Source of the DNA: Thecamonas trahens ATCC 50062
Taxonomy: Eukaryota > Protista > Apusomonadida
Reading direction: 5' to 3'
Assembly: GCF_000142905.1 (NCBI RefSeq)
Contig: NW_013657627.1
Coordinates: 233,565 to 297,564 of the forward strand
DNA: 64,000 bases
Every line of letters begins with the position of its first letter. Position 1 is the first letter of the stretch. Under the pieces are notes generated by a model, which searched no databases, was not told the origin of the DNA, and saw only the letters and a program-made list of their open reading frames with translations. Position numbers and translations under genes: made by a program. This document shows positions 55,101 to 64,000 of the stretch, one piece after another.

Positions 55101-58100
55101 GAGGACCTCCCAGTGCGACGGGCCGCGGGCCTGCGGGCGCGGCGCAGCGCGCATGTTGGCGGCCGACCCGGCATCCGAGACCGTGTCCTGCGTCAGCTGG
55201 AGGCGCATGGGTAGCGCTGATGAGCGCTGCGACGACATGCGGCGGGCGCGCTTGCGGGCCTCGCGTGCCTTGCGCATGGCCGCCCACTTTGCGCGCTGAC
55301 CGGCGTACCACTCATCAAACTGCGACGGCTGGGCGAGGACCGAGGGGAGGGCGCCGCGCGCTCCCGGCTGGCGACCGTCGAGGGCGGCAGCGGCGGCGGT
55401 GCGCTTGCGCGAGAGCGTGGTGACCCGCGGCCGGCCGGCGAGTGCGGCCGAGGTCTCCGGGTCGTCGACAATGGCCTCCATGTCGACGAGGCCAGCAGCG
55501 GTTGACTTGAGCGGATCCTCGGGCGCGGCGATGGTGGCACCGGCGGCGATGGCGGTGGCAAACATGTTCTTGACCGAGGCCTGCTTGAGCGGGTCGCGGG
55601 CGTCGGCGATGCGCTTGGCGAGCCACGACGGGTGCGGCACGCGCGGGACCGGGTTATCGATACCCTGCAGGGCAGCTGGAATAGTGACAATTTTCTGGAT
55701 AGAGGCACCGAGGCGAGTGATGTAGTACTCCCAGTCGAGGAGGTCGCGGAGGTCAAAGTTGGTCATGCCCGGATCCTTGCACCAGGTTCGGACCCAGTGA
55801 GTCATGACATCGGGCTCAGCCGAGAAGATGGCAATGGGCAGGGCGCGCTCCGAGACCGGCGCGCCGATAGGCTTCTCGGAAATGATGTACTTGCAGCAGA
55901 GGCCGGCGTCCTTGACCATTTGGTCGCCGAGGAAAGCGGCGAGGCGGCGGGCGGTGGTGATCGAGGTCGAGCGCTGGTCGCCATAGTCAGCGAGCTTGCG
56001 CGACATGGAGCGCGACTCGCAAATGAGCGAGACAAGCTCGTGGTCGGGCATGTGAGCGCCCTTGGTGAAGAGGACGTTGAGCCACTTATTGGCAATGAGG
56101 CCGACGGCGGCGTAGCACTCTTCGCGGGTCTTGCCCTCGAGGAAGGCACCAAAGACCTGTGTCTGGAAGATCTTGACAATCTTGAGCTCACCGCGGCGCT
56201 TGAGCTCAAAACCCTTGAGCTCGCACATGACGCCGTCGTCGTCAAAGACGGCATACCGCTTCTTGAGCTTCTTGTCCTTCTCAGTCGAGGCCGGGAGAAT
56301 CATGGCCTTGTACGGGCCGTCGACCTCAAACTCGATCGAGTTCTCGGCGTGAGTGGCATAGATCTTCGAGTCTGCGTCGACAAGGTCCTGGTACTGCGGG
56401 TTGGTAAAGTTGTCCTTGACGCCCTTGTTGAGGACAGCGCACGGGTAGTTGACCGAGAGCTTGGCGCCAGTCGAGGTGGTAAACTCAAAGTCTTCCGGGA
56501 ACGACGACGGCAGGCAGCACCAAATGCCATCGGTGTCGAGCTCGAGCGGGATGCCGACGCGCTCAACGAGAACGCGGGCGCCCTTGATGATCTTGGCACC
56601 AGTGTCGGTCACGATGCCGGCCATCTCCATCGAGTACCAGCGAGCGCCGCGGCGCATGACATAGCCGTAGAACGAGTTGAGGATGCACTTGTGGGCGAGC
56701 TGGAGGGAGTCGTACAGAATGACCATTTTCTTGGTCTCCTGCAGGACGTCGAGGCCCTCGCCCGAGGACTCCTGCTTGGCGAGCTTCTTCTTCCACGTCT
56801 TGAGCAGGCCCTTGTAGGTGTAGCGGCGGTCGCGGAAGGCGCGAACGGTGTCGACGTAGAACGGGTTCTCGCGCTGGCACACGATGGCCTCGCGCTCCTC
56901 CTCCGTCTTGACCGAGCCCTTGTTGTAGACCTTGCGGCAGTACTCGGCAAGGCGGGCCTTTGTCAGCTCGGCCTGCTTGGAAGCCGGCAGGTCGTCAAAC
57001 CAGACTTTGGTCGGCCCGCCGGGCGCGTCGTCGTCGACGACGCGCTCCGAGGCGAGCTGGTTGCGGACGTACTCATAGTCGGAGCGGGTGTTGGGCAGGT
57101 ACGTCCCGCGCCAGGTCCACGGCATGCGGCGCTGGCAGTTGTTCCCGCGACGATTAAAGTCGCACTTGGCGCACTCAGCCTCGGACATGATGGCAGTGGG
57201 CTGGAGGCGGTTGGTGAGAATGATGTTCGGGTACATGGCCGAGACGTCGAGATGGTAGATGCACGGCAGCTCGTTCCGCTTGGGCGCGGCCTGGAGAGCC
57301 TCGAGTTTGGCGACGATGGCCGCGCGGACCTCCTCGTAGTTGGTGACCGAGTCGAGCGGGACGCCGTGCTCGACCTGGAGCGCAAACTCGAGGGTGGCGT
57401 CGACGTCGTCGATGAGCTCGGCAAAGGCCGAGCCGTCCAGGTCAAAGTCCTCGGGCAGGTCAGAGCGGAAGACGCCAGAGCGGAGGGCCTCGACGTGGCC
57501 GCCGATGTAGGTCTCGGCCTCGAGCAGGTGGGCCTTGTACATCTTGGAGAGGGCGGACTTTTGCTTGTCGGGAAAGACGACGTTGACCTTGTACGCCTCG
57601 ACCATGAGGAGCGACTCACAGAGCGTGCCCGAGCCCTTGCGGAGAACGTCGTCGGGGATGAGCGGGATAATCATGCAGAGCGAGTAGATGAACGGGTGGA
57701 CGTACTTGAGGTAGAGGTAGTAGGTAGCGACGGCGTCGGAGACCGAGTACGAGGCAAGTTCCTGCGGACGCTCGGCGGCAAACGGGGTCATGTCCTCGGG
57801 ATCGAGTTCGAGCGGGTCATAGCCGAGCTTCTTCTTGGTCACAGCCTTGAGGCCGTGCGAGCCGACAGGCAGGTACGAGTCGCGCTTGACCCAGTAAAAG
57901 GCGTCCATGTGTGTGGCGAAGCGGCAGCGATACTCGCCCGAGCCCTGGCGGGTGGCGACGCCGATCTCATCGTACATAGAGATGCCATGGGCTGTGGCGC
58001 GGGTGTCGATGTAAGGCCAGTCGAAAAAGTCGCCGTTGTAGGTGACGTACAGGGTGGGCTTGACACGCTGGATGTGCTCAAAGAACTTGACCAGCAGCGC

Positions 58101-59435
58101 CTTTTCGTCGGCCTCGTTAAAGACAACAAAGTGGCCCTCGTAGTCGGGCTTGGGGGTGTACTCAAAGTCATCAATGTCGGCGGCGACGATCTCGCGGTTA
58201 GTAATGAGAAAGCCCTGGCCGTCGAGCATGTATGAGATCATCATAATCTGGTCGCCGGCATGCGCATCGGGAAACTTGAGCGGCTGCTTGGCAGTCTCAA
58301 TGTCAAAGGCGAGGATGCGGGTGTCCGGCCGCTCGAGAAGCTCGGGCTCGGGGCGGAGCGAGGCGAGGCCGCCGGAGAACGAGACGGTGAACCAGTTGGC
58401 GCAGCGGATGTCGGCGTCGATAGAGCAGCGGACGTAGTACGGCACGTCGTACTCACGGATGTCGACGAGGAGCTCCTCGACGTCGGCAAGCGACTCGGAG
58501 GCGTTGATTGACTCGTCGGCGCCGGCGACGGTGCCAAAGGCCGAGTAGGCGGTATAGTTGGACGACGACGGGGCGTCAAAGTCGAGCGAGGCGCTGGCGC
58601 GGTCCTTGTTGCGGCGGACAATGGCCTGAATGGAGCGGCGGACGGCGAGGAGGTCGTCAATGTTGCGGAAGGTGAGCTTGAGGTAAACGCGGAGGAGGCC
58701 GGTGACGTGGTTGTCTAGGTCGAGATCGACCTTGGGCGTGGGAATGATCTGCGAGATGTTCTCAAACTTGCGCTTGAGGAAAGTTTCCACGCCGACAAGG
58801 GCATCCTCGTCGGCAACAGCCAGATAAAAGTACGGCTCGTAGGCGACCGAGGCCTTGAACGTGGCGCCATCGCCCTGCAGAAAGTAGTAGTCGATGGCAG
58901 CGAGCGTGTTCCCGGTCTCCTGCTCCTCGATGGTTGTCGGGTGCATGTTGAGGAGCCAACCGAGCCGGTCAGGTCCCTCGGAGACGCGCGAGTAGCCAAA
59001 CTTGATGTCGAGGGCCTCGATCTTGGCAGCGCGCTCGGCGCGGGCCTCGGCTTTGGCCTCGGGTGAGAGGTACTTGCTACCCGAATTGTTACCCGAGCCG
59101 AAGCGCGAGCGAGACGACTCGGACCGCGTGCTCCGCATGTAGCCCTCGGGCATAGCAGAAGCACCCGACGGACCGGATGCACCTGCGGCGGTAAAGTCCG
59201 AAAAGGCCGTCGTCGATGTCTCGTCCATGGAGGCCAGCGAGGACGAGTCGTCAAAGCGGGAGCGGAAGGAGGAGTGACCAGAGCGACCAGAGCGACCAGC
59301 ACCACCCTGACCGTTTGCCGCAGCACGAGCATCCCGCTCTGCTGCTGCTACCTCAAACTGCCTCCGGGAGCCTCGTCCCCGTCCGCGGCGTGAGCCATGA
59401 CCACGGCTGTTGCGCTTGCCGCTGCCAAAGGTCAT
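52188..59435 (-). CDS. POLE: DNA polymerase epsilon catalytic subunit (intronless, 2415 aa)
   Basis: GWLLNM; ExoI AFDIET, ExoII YNGDFFDWP, ExoIII YSVSDAVAT; Pol YHLDVSAMYPNII, QLAHKCILNSFYGY, LELDTDG; CysX and C-terminal CysA/CysB motifs. Confidence 0.99.
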   Translation of the reverse strand: MTFGSGKRNSRGHGSRRGRGRGSRRQFEVAAAERDARAAANGQGGAGRSGRSGHSSFRSRFDDSSSLASMDETSTTAFSDFTAAGASGPSGASAMPEGYMRSTRSESSRSRFGSGNNSGSKYLSPEAKAEARAERAAKIEALDIKFGYSRVSEGPDRLGWLLNMHPTTIEEQETGNTLAAIDYYFLQGDGATFKASVAYEPYFYLAVADEDALVGVETFLKRKFENISQIIPTPKVDLDLDNHVTGLLRVYLKLTFRNIDDLLAVRRSIQAIVRRNKDRASASLDFDAPSSSNYTAYSAFGTVAGADESINASESLADVEELLVDIREYDVPYYVRCSIDADIRCANWFTVSFSGGLASLRPEPELLERPDTRILAFDIETAKQPLKFPDAHAGDQIMMISYMLDGQGFLITNREIVAADIDDFEYTPKPDYEGHFVVFNEADEKALLVKFFEHIQRVKPTLYVTYNGDFFDWPYIDTRATAHGISMYDEIGVATRQGSGEYRCRFATHMDAFYWVKRDSYLPVGSHGLKAVTKKKLGYDPLELDPEDMTPFAAERPQELASYSVSDAVATYYLYLKYVHPFIYSLCMIIPLIPDDVLRKGSGTLCESLLMVEAYKVNVVFPDKQKSALSKMYKAHLLEAETYIGGHVEALRSGVFRSDLPEDFDLDGSAFAELIDDVDATLEFALQVEHGVPLDSVTNYEEVRAAIVAKLEALQAAPKRNELPCIYHLDVSAMYPNIILTNRLQPTAIMSEAECAKCDFNRRGNNCQRRMPWTWRGTYLPNTRSDYEYVRNQLASERVVDDDAPGGPTKVWFDDLPASKQAELTKARLAEYCRKVYNKGSVKTEEEREAIVCQRENPFYVDTVRAFRDRRYTYKGLLKTWKKKLAKQESSGEGLDVLQETKKMVILYDSLQLAHKCILNSFYGYVMRRGARWYSMEMAGIVTDTGAKIIKGARVLVERVGIPLELDTDGIWCCLPSSFPEDFEFTTSTGAKLSVNYPCAVLNKGVKDNFTNPQYQDLVDADSKIYATHAENSIEFEVDGPYKAMILPASTEKDKKLKKRYAVFDDDGVMCELKGFELKRRGELKIVKIFQTQVFGAFLEGKTREECYAAVGLIANKWLNVLFTKGAHMPDHELVSLICESRSMSRKLADYGDQRSTSITTARRLAAFLGDQMVKDAGLCCKYIISEKPIGAPVSERALPIAIFSAEPDVMTHWVRTWCKDPGMTNFDLRDLLDWEYYITRLGASIQKIVTIPAALQGIDNPVPRVPHPSWLAKRIADARDPLKQASVKNMFATAIAAGATIAAPEDPLKSTAAGLVDMEAIVDDPETSAALAGRPRVTTLSRKRTAAAAALDGRQPGARGALPSVLAQPSQFDEWYAGQRAKWAAMRKAREARKRARRMSSQRSSALPMRLQLTQDTVSDAGSAANMRAAPRPQARGPSHWEVLCIDDASHSHGPGVFRVWALVRGAVRSLHIRVARTFFVNSRVADANPSGVLVTKALPRSKKPMHLYQFSMAETIYRSHAKELASFFAHPDVEGVYENQTPLYFRAVSSLGCVFEIARSARFHAVSEHVYDLADLRPLAPSAAPYLPGAEGTSSLGSAAHLMIYHSATALERNATRARAVFVVFPAFGSKLDLVLVDPSAADPVRRLTGSDISRSGVKVRAVLASVLKARLLAGTEPPPPAVAAAGGWQSMAEVEAAADAAAARYTVAVTLVKRLARGYREVNELVGYYDGNAVVSICSPADKATLQREIPTLAAVPVLTVPANVADSQYEPLGWQAAAVERGLARYFVMHEWWGNQLPLARYARVPIGSLEEDYALGITDIAVARLLAENNFVAWTSLSALPDLGGSEADDFAAVAAPVVNPEFVSAGAYHTVCVELELSSLAINTILQSTYLSALEGSLEASVGGGPVLAKSGATASGPATSMEALIEGGLAGPAVLNEAAGGGSDELAAAPALQIIKALVHQWSVDVGHGRNTSADALQMHFYRWLQDPKSKLYDPQLHSLVHMMMKKVFLQLLAKLRSLGAHIVYGSFEKIILATSKTQLENAEAYIAYVLKAVGETPLFHFLGVHISAYWAELMFVDPANYGGIRVKPHVVDELAAEFDKAEAARSPEEARAITRAALRATSQAQQVISNWDMSLYLPKPLEEQFVFVVSEYIYKMYEFKATKRLEAVGGPEAGAPAAGAFYGAETLQDYARALIGDHYAQQLFTAVTESRQYHKADFPRLAGSHLPLDSPGLEFVKYVTQVFYLDKALESQVDKLKRSLLRILGVPEFASSAEFRNPCLTYILQNVICSYCNASRSVDLARDPRVTKGDWGCAICGHAADKAAIEARLIDELHAKITAFQLQDLVCNKCRQVKLSNLRRYCECSGEFKLAVSRDDIAVAMQAFGNIANYHEMAALAGEVEVLADCV

Positions 59436-59770
59436 GCTGTGTGTAGGATTCTACAGGGGGAGGGAGGGGGGGTGAGGGGGGGACGGGGAATGTGGGATGC
59501 GAGGGAAGCGAGGGCGAAGGAGGTGCGTACGTGTATATATATGTGTGTGTGTGTGCGGGTGGTGGTGGCGGTTGTGTGTGTGGTTGTGTGTGGAGTGGAG
59601 TGGTGAGGACGCGGAGTGTGTGTGTGGCTGGTGGTGGTGGGAGGGGGGGTGGGGCATTCGTTGGTTGGGTAGAAACACAAAGTTTGTGGAGGGGAGCGAG
59701 GGGATCGCGGTGGTTATGTGGGCGATTGGAGCGATAGGGGGGTTGGACAATTGAGCTGGTAAGCGGTGGG

Positions 59771-61744
59771 TTAGCGGGTGGGGACCCAGTCCTTGGGTGC
59801 GGTCATGTCGACACGCTCGCCGACAAAGCGCGGGTGGCGCGGGACGCCGCCGTCGGTGAGTTCGGTGAAGCGGTAGGTGATGATGGCGCCGATGGGAGGC
59901 GGCGCGGCGCGGACAGCGTCGGAGAGGCCCGATCCGACGGAGAATTCGGTGCCGTTGGCCATGCGACAGCGGAGTGAGCCGACAAGGCCCGGAACGCCGG
60001 CATGGCGGGCAGCTGAGCTCATGAGCTTGGTGTGGGCAACGACGATGGCCTCGGCGTCGTGGAACGACTTGAGCTTGCGCAGCGTTTGTGACCGGCCACG
60101 AACATAGCGCGAGCCAGCCTGGCGGAGCATGACGCCCTCGCCACCCATTGCCTCGATACGCTCCAGCTCGTCGGTGAGGTGCAGCGGCGAGGTGCAGGCG
60201 ATGTGGTCGACGATGCGGGCAAAGCGCGGCTGCGCAGCGGTGTACCAGGCCTGGACCTTGGCAAACCGTGTCTCGAACGGTGGATCGCGACCAGAGCCGA
60301 GGACAGGAGGCGCGTCAAAGACGCAATACGTGAGCGTCGCCCAGCGCGAGGCGTCAGAACTCCGCACCGCGCCGACAGCGGTCTGAAACGCGCCGTGGGC
60401 GAGAAAGAGCTCGCCGTCGAGAGGAAGATCCGGCCCGGGCAGGCCGGCAGTAAACTCGGGAGGGGCATTGAATTGATTGCCAAGCCGCGAGTAGAACGCC
60501 GAGCCGTCCCAGTATGCACGGACACCATCAAGCTTCTCGGAGAGCCACCAGCCAGTCGGATCGTCACCACGCTCGAGCTCCCATTTGCGCGGAAGGAGGA
60601 GGGCACATGCTGCGGCACAGGCTGGCTGCGAGGCCGGCGGCAGGGGACGGGCGGGGCCGGCGGCAACACCAGCAGCTGGCAGGGGCGGCGGAGGCGCTGC
60701 GCCCTCAGCGGCGCACAGTGCAGCCATAAACTCTGGCTCGAGCACAACAGCCACGCCCAAGTTCTGCGCCTTGGTCAACTTGGAGCCCGGCTTGTCGCCA
60801 GCAACCAGATAGTGTGTTCGTGACGAGACTGAGCCCATGGGAAGCGCACCGATGGCAACCAGGCGGGCCGAGATGGCCTTGCGGGTGCCGGCAGTGAGCG
60901 CGCCGGTCAGCACAATGTGCTTGCCGACGAGCGGAAGAAGAGCCGCGCCGCCCGATGGGTCGTCGTCGTTGGAGTGGGCGAAAGCAGCAGGCGCCGCAGT
61001 GTGGGCTTGCATGGCAGAAGTGAGCGAGATGGGCGAGGGAGTGGCGAGCGAGGACTCGACCACCGCGGGCGGCTTCGGCTTGCCGCAGGCATCGCGATAA
61101 GGGTGAGAGAACGCAGCAAAGTGGGCTGGGTTCTTACGGTAGCAGTCCACACCGTATTTGCACGCCGGCAGCGGTGCACTCGAGCTGGCGGCACCATCGT
61201 CGAGCTCATCTCCAGAGCTGTTCTCGGCGTCGTTGTCGAGCTCCTCCGACGCCGACTGTGAGTGGTCGGAAAAGTAGTTGAGAGAGGCATCCAGCGACGG
61301 GACAGATGCCGCGGCAGGCAAGTCTGAGCTCTGGGCGACGGCAGTGCCAGCCAGAGTCTTTGATCGCTTGGTCGGCGGAGCGTCAGCGAGGAGCGCGGGA
61401 GATCTCGGGCGGGAGGCCGGCGAGGCGGATGGAGCGACGACAACAAGCTTAAAGTCGAGACCCGAGACTGGTGGCGGAAGCAGCGAAATGAGGTCGCCGT
61501 CGTAGGCCAGGAGCGAGTTGTGGAAGAGCGAGGCTCCGCGGACTACGGCCGGCGATGCGCCATGGTGCTCGAGAGCAAGAGCGCCGGTGTCCGAGTCAAA
61601 GACGGCGACGAGGTGCTGGCGGGAGACACGTCGGTCGGAGACCATAGGAAGGGCGCGCTGGTTGCGGCCCAGAACAATGCGGTCGCCAGGTGGAAGCGGT
61701 ATCACCGCATTGGTGGATGTGTGAACAAGGCAAGCACTCGCCAT
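59771..61744 (-). CDS. FHA-PBZ-BRCT-fused minimal ATP-dependent DNA ligase
   Basis: FHA IVLGRN...SDRRVSRQH; PBZ CKYGVDCYRKNPAHFAAFSH; BRCT GKHIVLTGAL...GSVSSRTHYLVAGDKPGSKLTKAQNLGV; ligase SEKLDGVRAYWDG, LDGELF, YCVFDAP, GGEGVMLR, KLKSFHDAEA; OB domain FSVGSGLSD...PRHPRF. Start taken at MASACLVH. Confidence 0.93.
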   Translation of the reverse strand: MASACLVHTSTNAVIPLPPGDRIVLGRNQRALPMVSDRRVSRQHLVAVFDSDTGALALEHHGASPAVVRGASLFHNSLLAYDGDLISLLPPPVSGLDFKLVVVAPSASPASRPRSPALLADAPPTKRSKTLAGTAVAQSSDLPAAASVPSLDASLNYFSDHSQSASEELDNDAENSSGDELDDGAASSSAPLPACKYGVDCYRKNPAHFAAFSHPYRDACGKPKPPAVVESSLATPSPISLTSAMQAHTAAPAAFAHSNDDDPSGGAALLPLVGKHIVLTGALTAGTRKAISARLVAIGALPMGSVSSRTHYLVAGDKPGSKLTKAQNLGVAVVLEPEFMAALCAAEGAAPPPPLPAAGVAAGPARPLPPASQPACAAACALLLPRKWELERGDDPTGWWLSEKLDGVRAYWDGSAFYSRLGNQFNAPPEFTAGLPGPDLPLDGELFLAHGAFQTAVGAVRSSDASRWATLTYCVFDAPPVLGSGRDPPFETRFAKVQAWYTAAQPRFARIVDHIACTSPLHLTDELERIEAMGGEGVMLRQAGSRYVRGRSQTLRKLKSFHDAEAIVVAHTKLMSSAARHAGVPGLVGSLRCRMANGTEFSVGSGLSDAVRAAPPPIGAIITYRFTELTDGGVPRHPRFVGERVDMTAPKDWVPTR

Positions 61745-62116
61745 GGCCGGCGAGAGTGAGGAGGTAGGCAATGGAAGCCTTCCAGTGGAAGGAGCTGGCT
61801 GAGAGCGGGTCGGTGTTTCGGCGGTCACGTAGTACGCGTTCACGGGGACAAATGCAAATAGGCGTTGGCTCGCTGGGAGTGTTGACGCTTCCGCCAGTGC
61901 TGCCTGGCCGATGACGATAGCAGCGACGTTGATTACCACCATCCGTCCATATCAGTGGTCGTTGTGGCGCTCGACCCTTCCCTCGCGGTTGCCTGGCGCG
62001 GAACTCCGTCTTACCTGCCTTGTTCAACTTTCCATTTAGCACACACATGTAGTCTATGGAAGGCGCTCAGAAGCGTCAGAGGCCCCTGGGGGGTGAGCTG
62101 GAGCGTGGAGGGGAGA

Positions 62117-62351
62117 AGGAGGAGGAGGAAGAGGAAGCGGTGTGCGCGATGAGGTGGTGGTGGGCATGGCCAAGGCAGGGGGTGGGGGTTGTGGCTGGGA
62201 TGGGGGTGATGGTCGTGCAGTAGTGGGTGAAGGTGGTGGTTGATGGTGATCGGACGTAATGCGTATGGTAGGGGGAATGAGGGGGGTCGTGACGTGGTTG
62301 GTGGGGCGGGCGGAAGGATGGTAGGTATGGAGAATGGGCTTGAGGATTGAT
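62117..62351. repeat. Dispersed repeat copy 1 (about 235 bp); diverged copy at about 63750..63988
   Basis: Colinear shared blocks GGAGGAAGAGGAAGC, GTGCGCGATG, GCATGGCCA, GTGGCTGGGATG, GTGCAGTAG, CGTAATG.GTATGGTAGGGGG, GGGTCGTGACG, GTATGGAGA.TGGGCTTGAG.ATTGATG. Confidence 0.85.
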
Positions 62352-62433
62352 GTGGGTGGGTAGGATTAGGATGATGGGTGAGTGTGGAGGGTGGGAAATG
62401 AGGGTGGAGGGGCTTGGGCGGCGCATATGAACG

Positions 62434-62533
62434 NNNNNNNNNNNNNNNNNNNNNNNNNNNNNNNNNNNNNNNNNNNNNNNNNNNNNNNNNNNNNNNNNNN
62501 NNNNNNNNNNNNNNNNNNNNNNNNNNNNNNNNN
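62434..62533. other. Assembly gap flanked by an identical ~80-bp sequence (about 62344..62423 and 62534..62613)
   Basis: 100 Ns; GGATTGATGTGGGTGGGTAGG...GGGCTTGGGCGGCG is present on both sides. Confidence 0.95.
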
Positions 62534-63749
62534 GGATTGATGTGGGTGGGTAGGATTAGGATGATGGGTGAGTGTGGAGGGTGGGAAATGAGGGTGGAGG
62601 GGCTTGGGCGGCGAAGGAGAGGAGGGCGGACGGATTGGATTGAGATGGACGTCGATGGGGACGAGGACTTGGGATTGAAAGAGAAGGCAGACCACTGCAC
62701 TCTAGCCCACCACTGCATTGCCTATCGTTTGCACTTGCCCTTTCTTGTTCTTCCTTGTCCTGGCCAGCCCGGTGGTCTCGTCTTCTGGCTCGGTGATCGG
62801 CGGCAGCAGCGGCGGGCGATGGGGAGACCGGCGGGGGCTGTGATGGGCAAGGCCGGTGGATGGAGGGGAGGATTGGGTTGGAAAACAGACTGGTAGTCAT
62901 TGCCATCGCTGTGGCTATCTCTATGCATTGTCTCCAATGCCCTGTCAATGGCTAGCTTGCTCTTGGTGGTGCCGGAGGTGGTCGGTGGGCGACGGGCGGC
63001 GGTCGGCGGTGAGCATCAGGCGGTCGGCAGCGATGCTGTTGACGGGTTGGCGTCGGCTGATGTGAATATCGGCGGGCAGGAAGTGGGTGGCTATGTTTGC
63101 AGAGGTAGTGAGTATGTGTGGTGTGGGTGTGGTGGTTGTGGGTGAAGATGGTGGGGAGTGGGGGTCGGAGATGGGCCCGCGGCAGGGGGTGAGCAGCATC
63201 GAAGGGACACAGGGCCAGCAAGTTGGGCCTGAGCCGGCAGAACTCCGATTCTGGAATACTGCAGCTGTGGATTGGAGACTGTGCATGGAGGTAGTGTGTG
63301 AATGTAGTAGGGAAGTAATGAAATTAGATTGGGTATAGCTGATAATGAGGTTGGTGGGGGTTGTGTGCGGGGTGGGGCGGTCGAGGACGTGCTCAACCGC
63401 CTAGGCAAAACAAGCCGACGCGGAAATGAACCGATGAAGATGGGTGTCGATGACGACGGTACTAATACTGGTGCTAGTGCATGGCGAGTGAAAACCTTGG
63501 GTGTAGTCGTGGGTTGTGTAGCTGGTCGTGGGTGGGAGCTAGGTGGTGATGAAGGTGGGCTGTTCGGGCGAGCGGGCGGCGGCTGGCGGCTGGTGGTCGG
63601 CAAGGCAGGCGCAGCTGAGGGGGCTGGGTCGGGGCTGGATGGCTTGAGATTGCTGTTGGTTGGTGGACAGGCAGTATGGAATGTGATGGTTGACGTATGC
63701 CGGTGTCGGAGTCGGGGATGAGAATGGAGGTGAGGTAGAGCGAGGAGAG

Positions 63750-63988
63750 GAGGAGGAGGAGGAGGAAGAGGAAGCCGAGTGCGCGATGGGATGGTGGTGT
63801 GCATGGCCATGGCATGTGGGTGGGGATGTGGCTGGGATGATAGTGATTGTGGTGCAGTAGGGGGTGGGGGTGATGGTTGGTGGTGATGGGGCGTAATGAG
63901 TATGGTAGGGGGGATGAGGGGGTCGTGACGCGGGTGGCGGGACGGGCGGAATGGTGGTGGGTATGGAGATTGGGCTTGAGCATTGATG
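63750..63988. repeat. Dispersed repeat copy 2
   Basis: Same blocks and same orientation as 62117..62351. Confidence 0.85.
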
Positions 63989-64000
63989 AAGGTGAGTATG

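Noticed and set aside
55632-58235. 867-aa plus-strand ORF and other long antisense ORFs (for example 1898..3448, 8823..11120, 5590..6615)
   Set aside because: Shadow or alternate frames of real GC-rich genes; no motifs of their own.

Overview
GC-rich, gene-dense, intron-poor eukaryotic nuclear DNA from a unicellular protist. Style and gene content suggest an apusomonad such as Thecamonas; this is inference, not verified. About 21 protein-coding genes are supported. Conserved genes: POLE, SKI3/TTC37, DDI1, VAMP7, PRL/PTP4A, TDP2-like, AGFG-type ArfGAP, RhoGAP, short tRNase Z, a Tweety-like protein and a receiver-domain phosphodiesterase. The standout is a chimeric DNA-repair ligase just upstream of POLE: APLF-like FHA + PBZ zinc finger + LigA/RFC1-type BRCT + minimal bacterial-type ATP-dependent ligase. 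Other unusual architectures: a transmembrane metalloprotease with a cytoplasmic SH3, a giant surface protein built from bacterial-type modules, a CH-CH/SH3/TerD/PH protein, an F-box/SH3-like/multipass membrane protein, an ankyrin/polyPro/WH2 protein, and a candidate gustatory-receptor-like 7TM channel running off the left edge. Genome-level patterns: GTATGT donors with purine-rich acceptors, repeat-filled introns, convergent genes only 13-66 bp apart, sense-strand C-tracts upstream of start codons, six same-direction single-base frameshifts (five locatable at homopolymer runs), and a possible structured RNA. All domain calls come from recognising motifs by eye; no searches were run.
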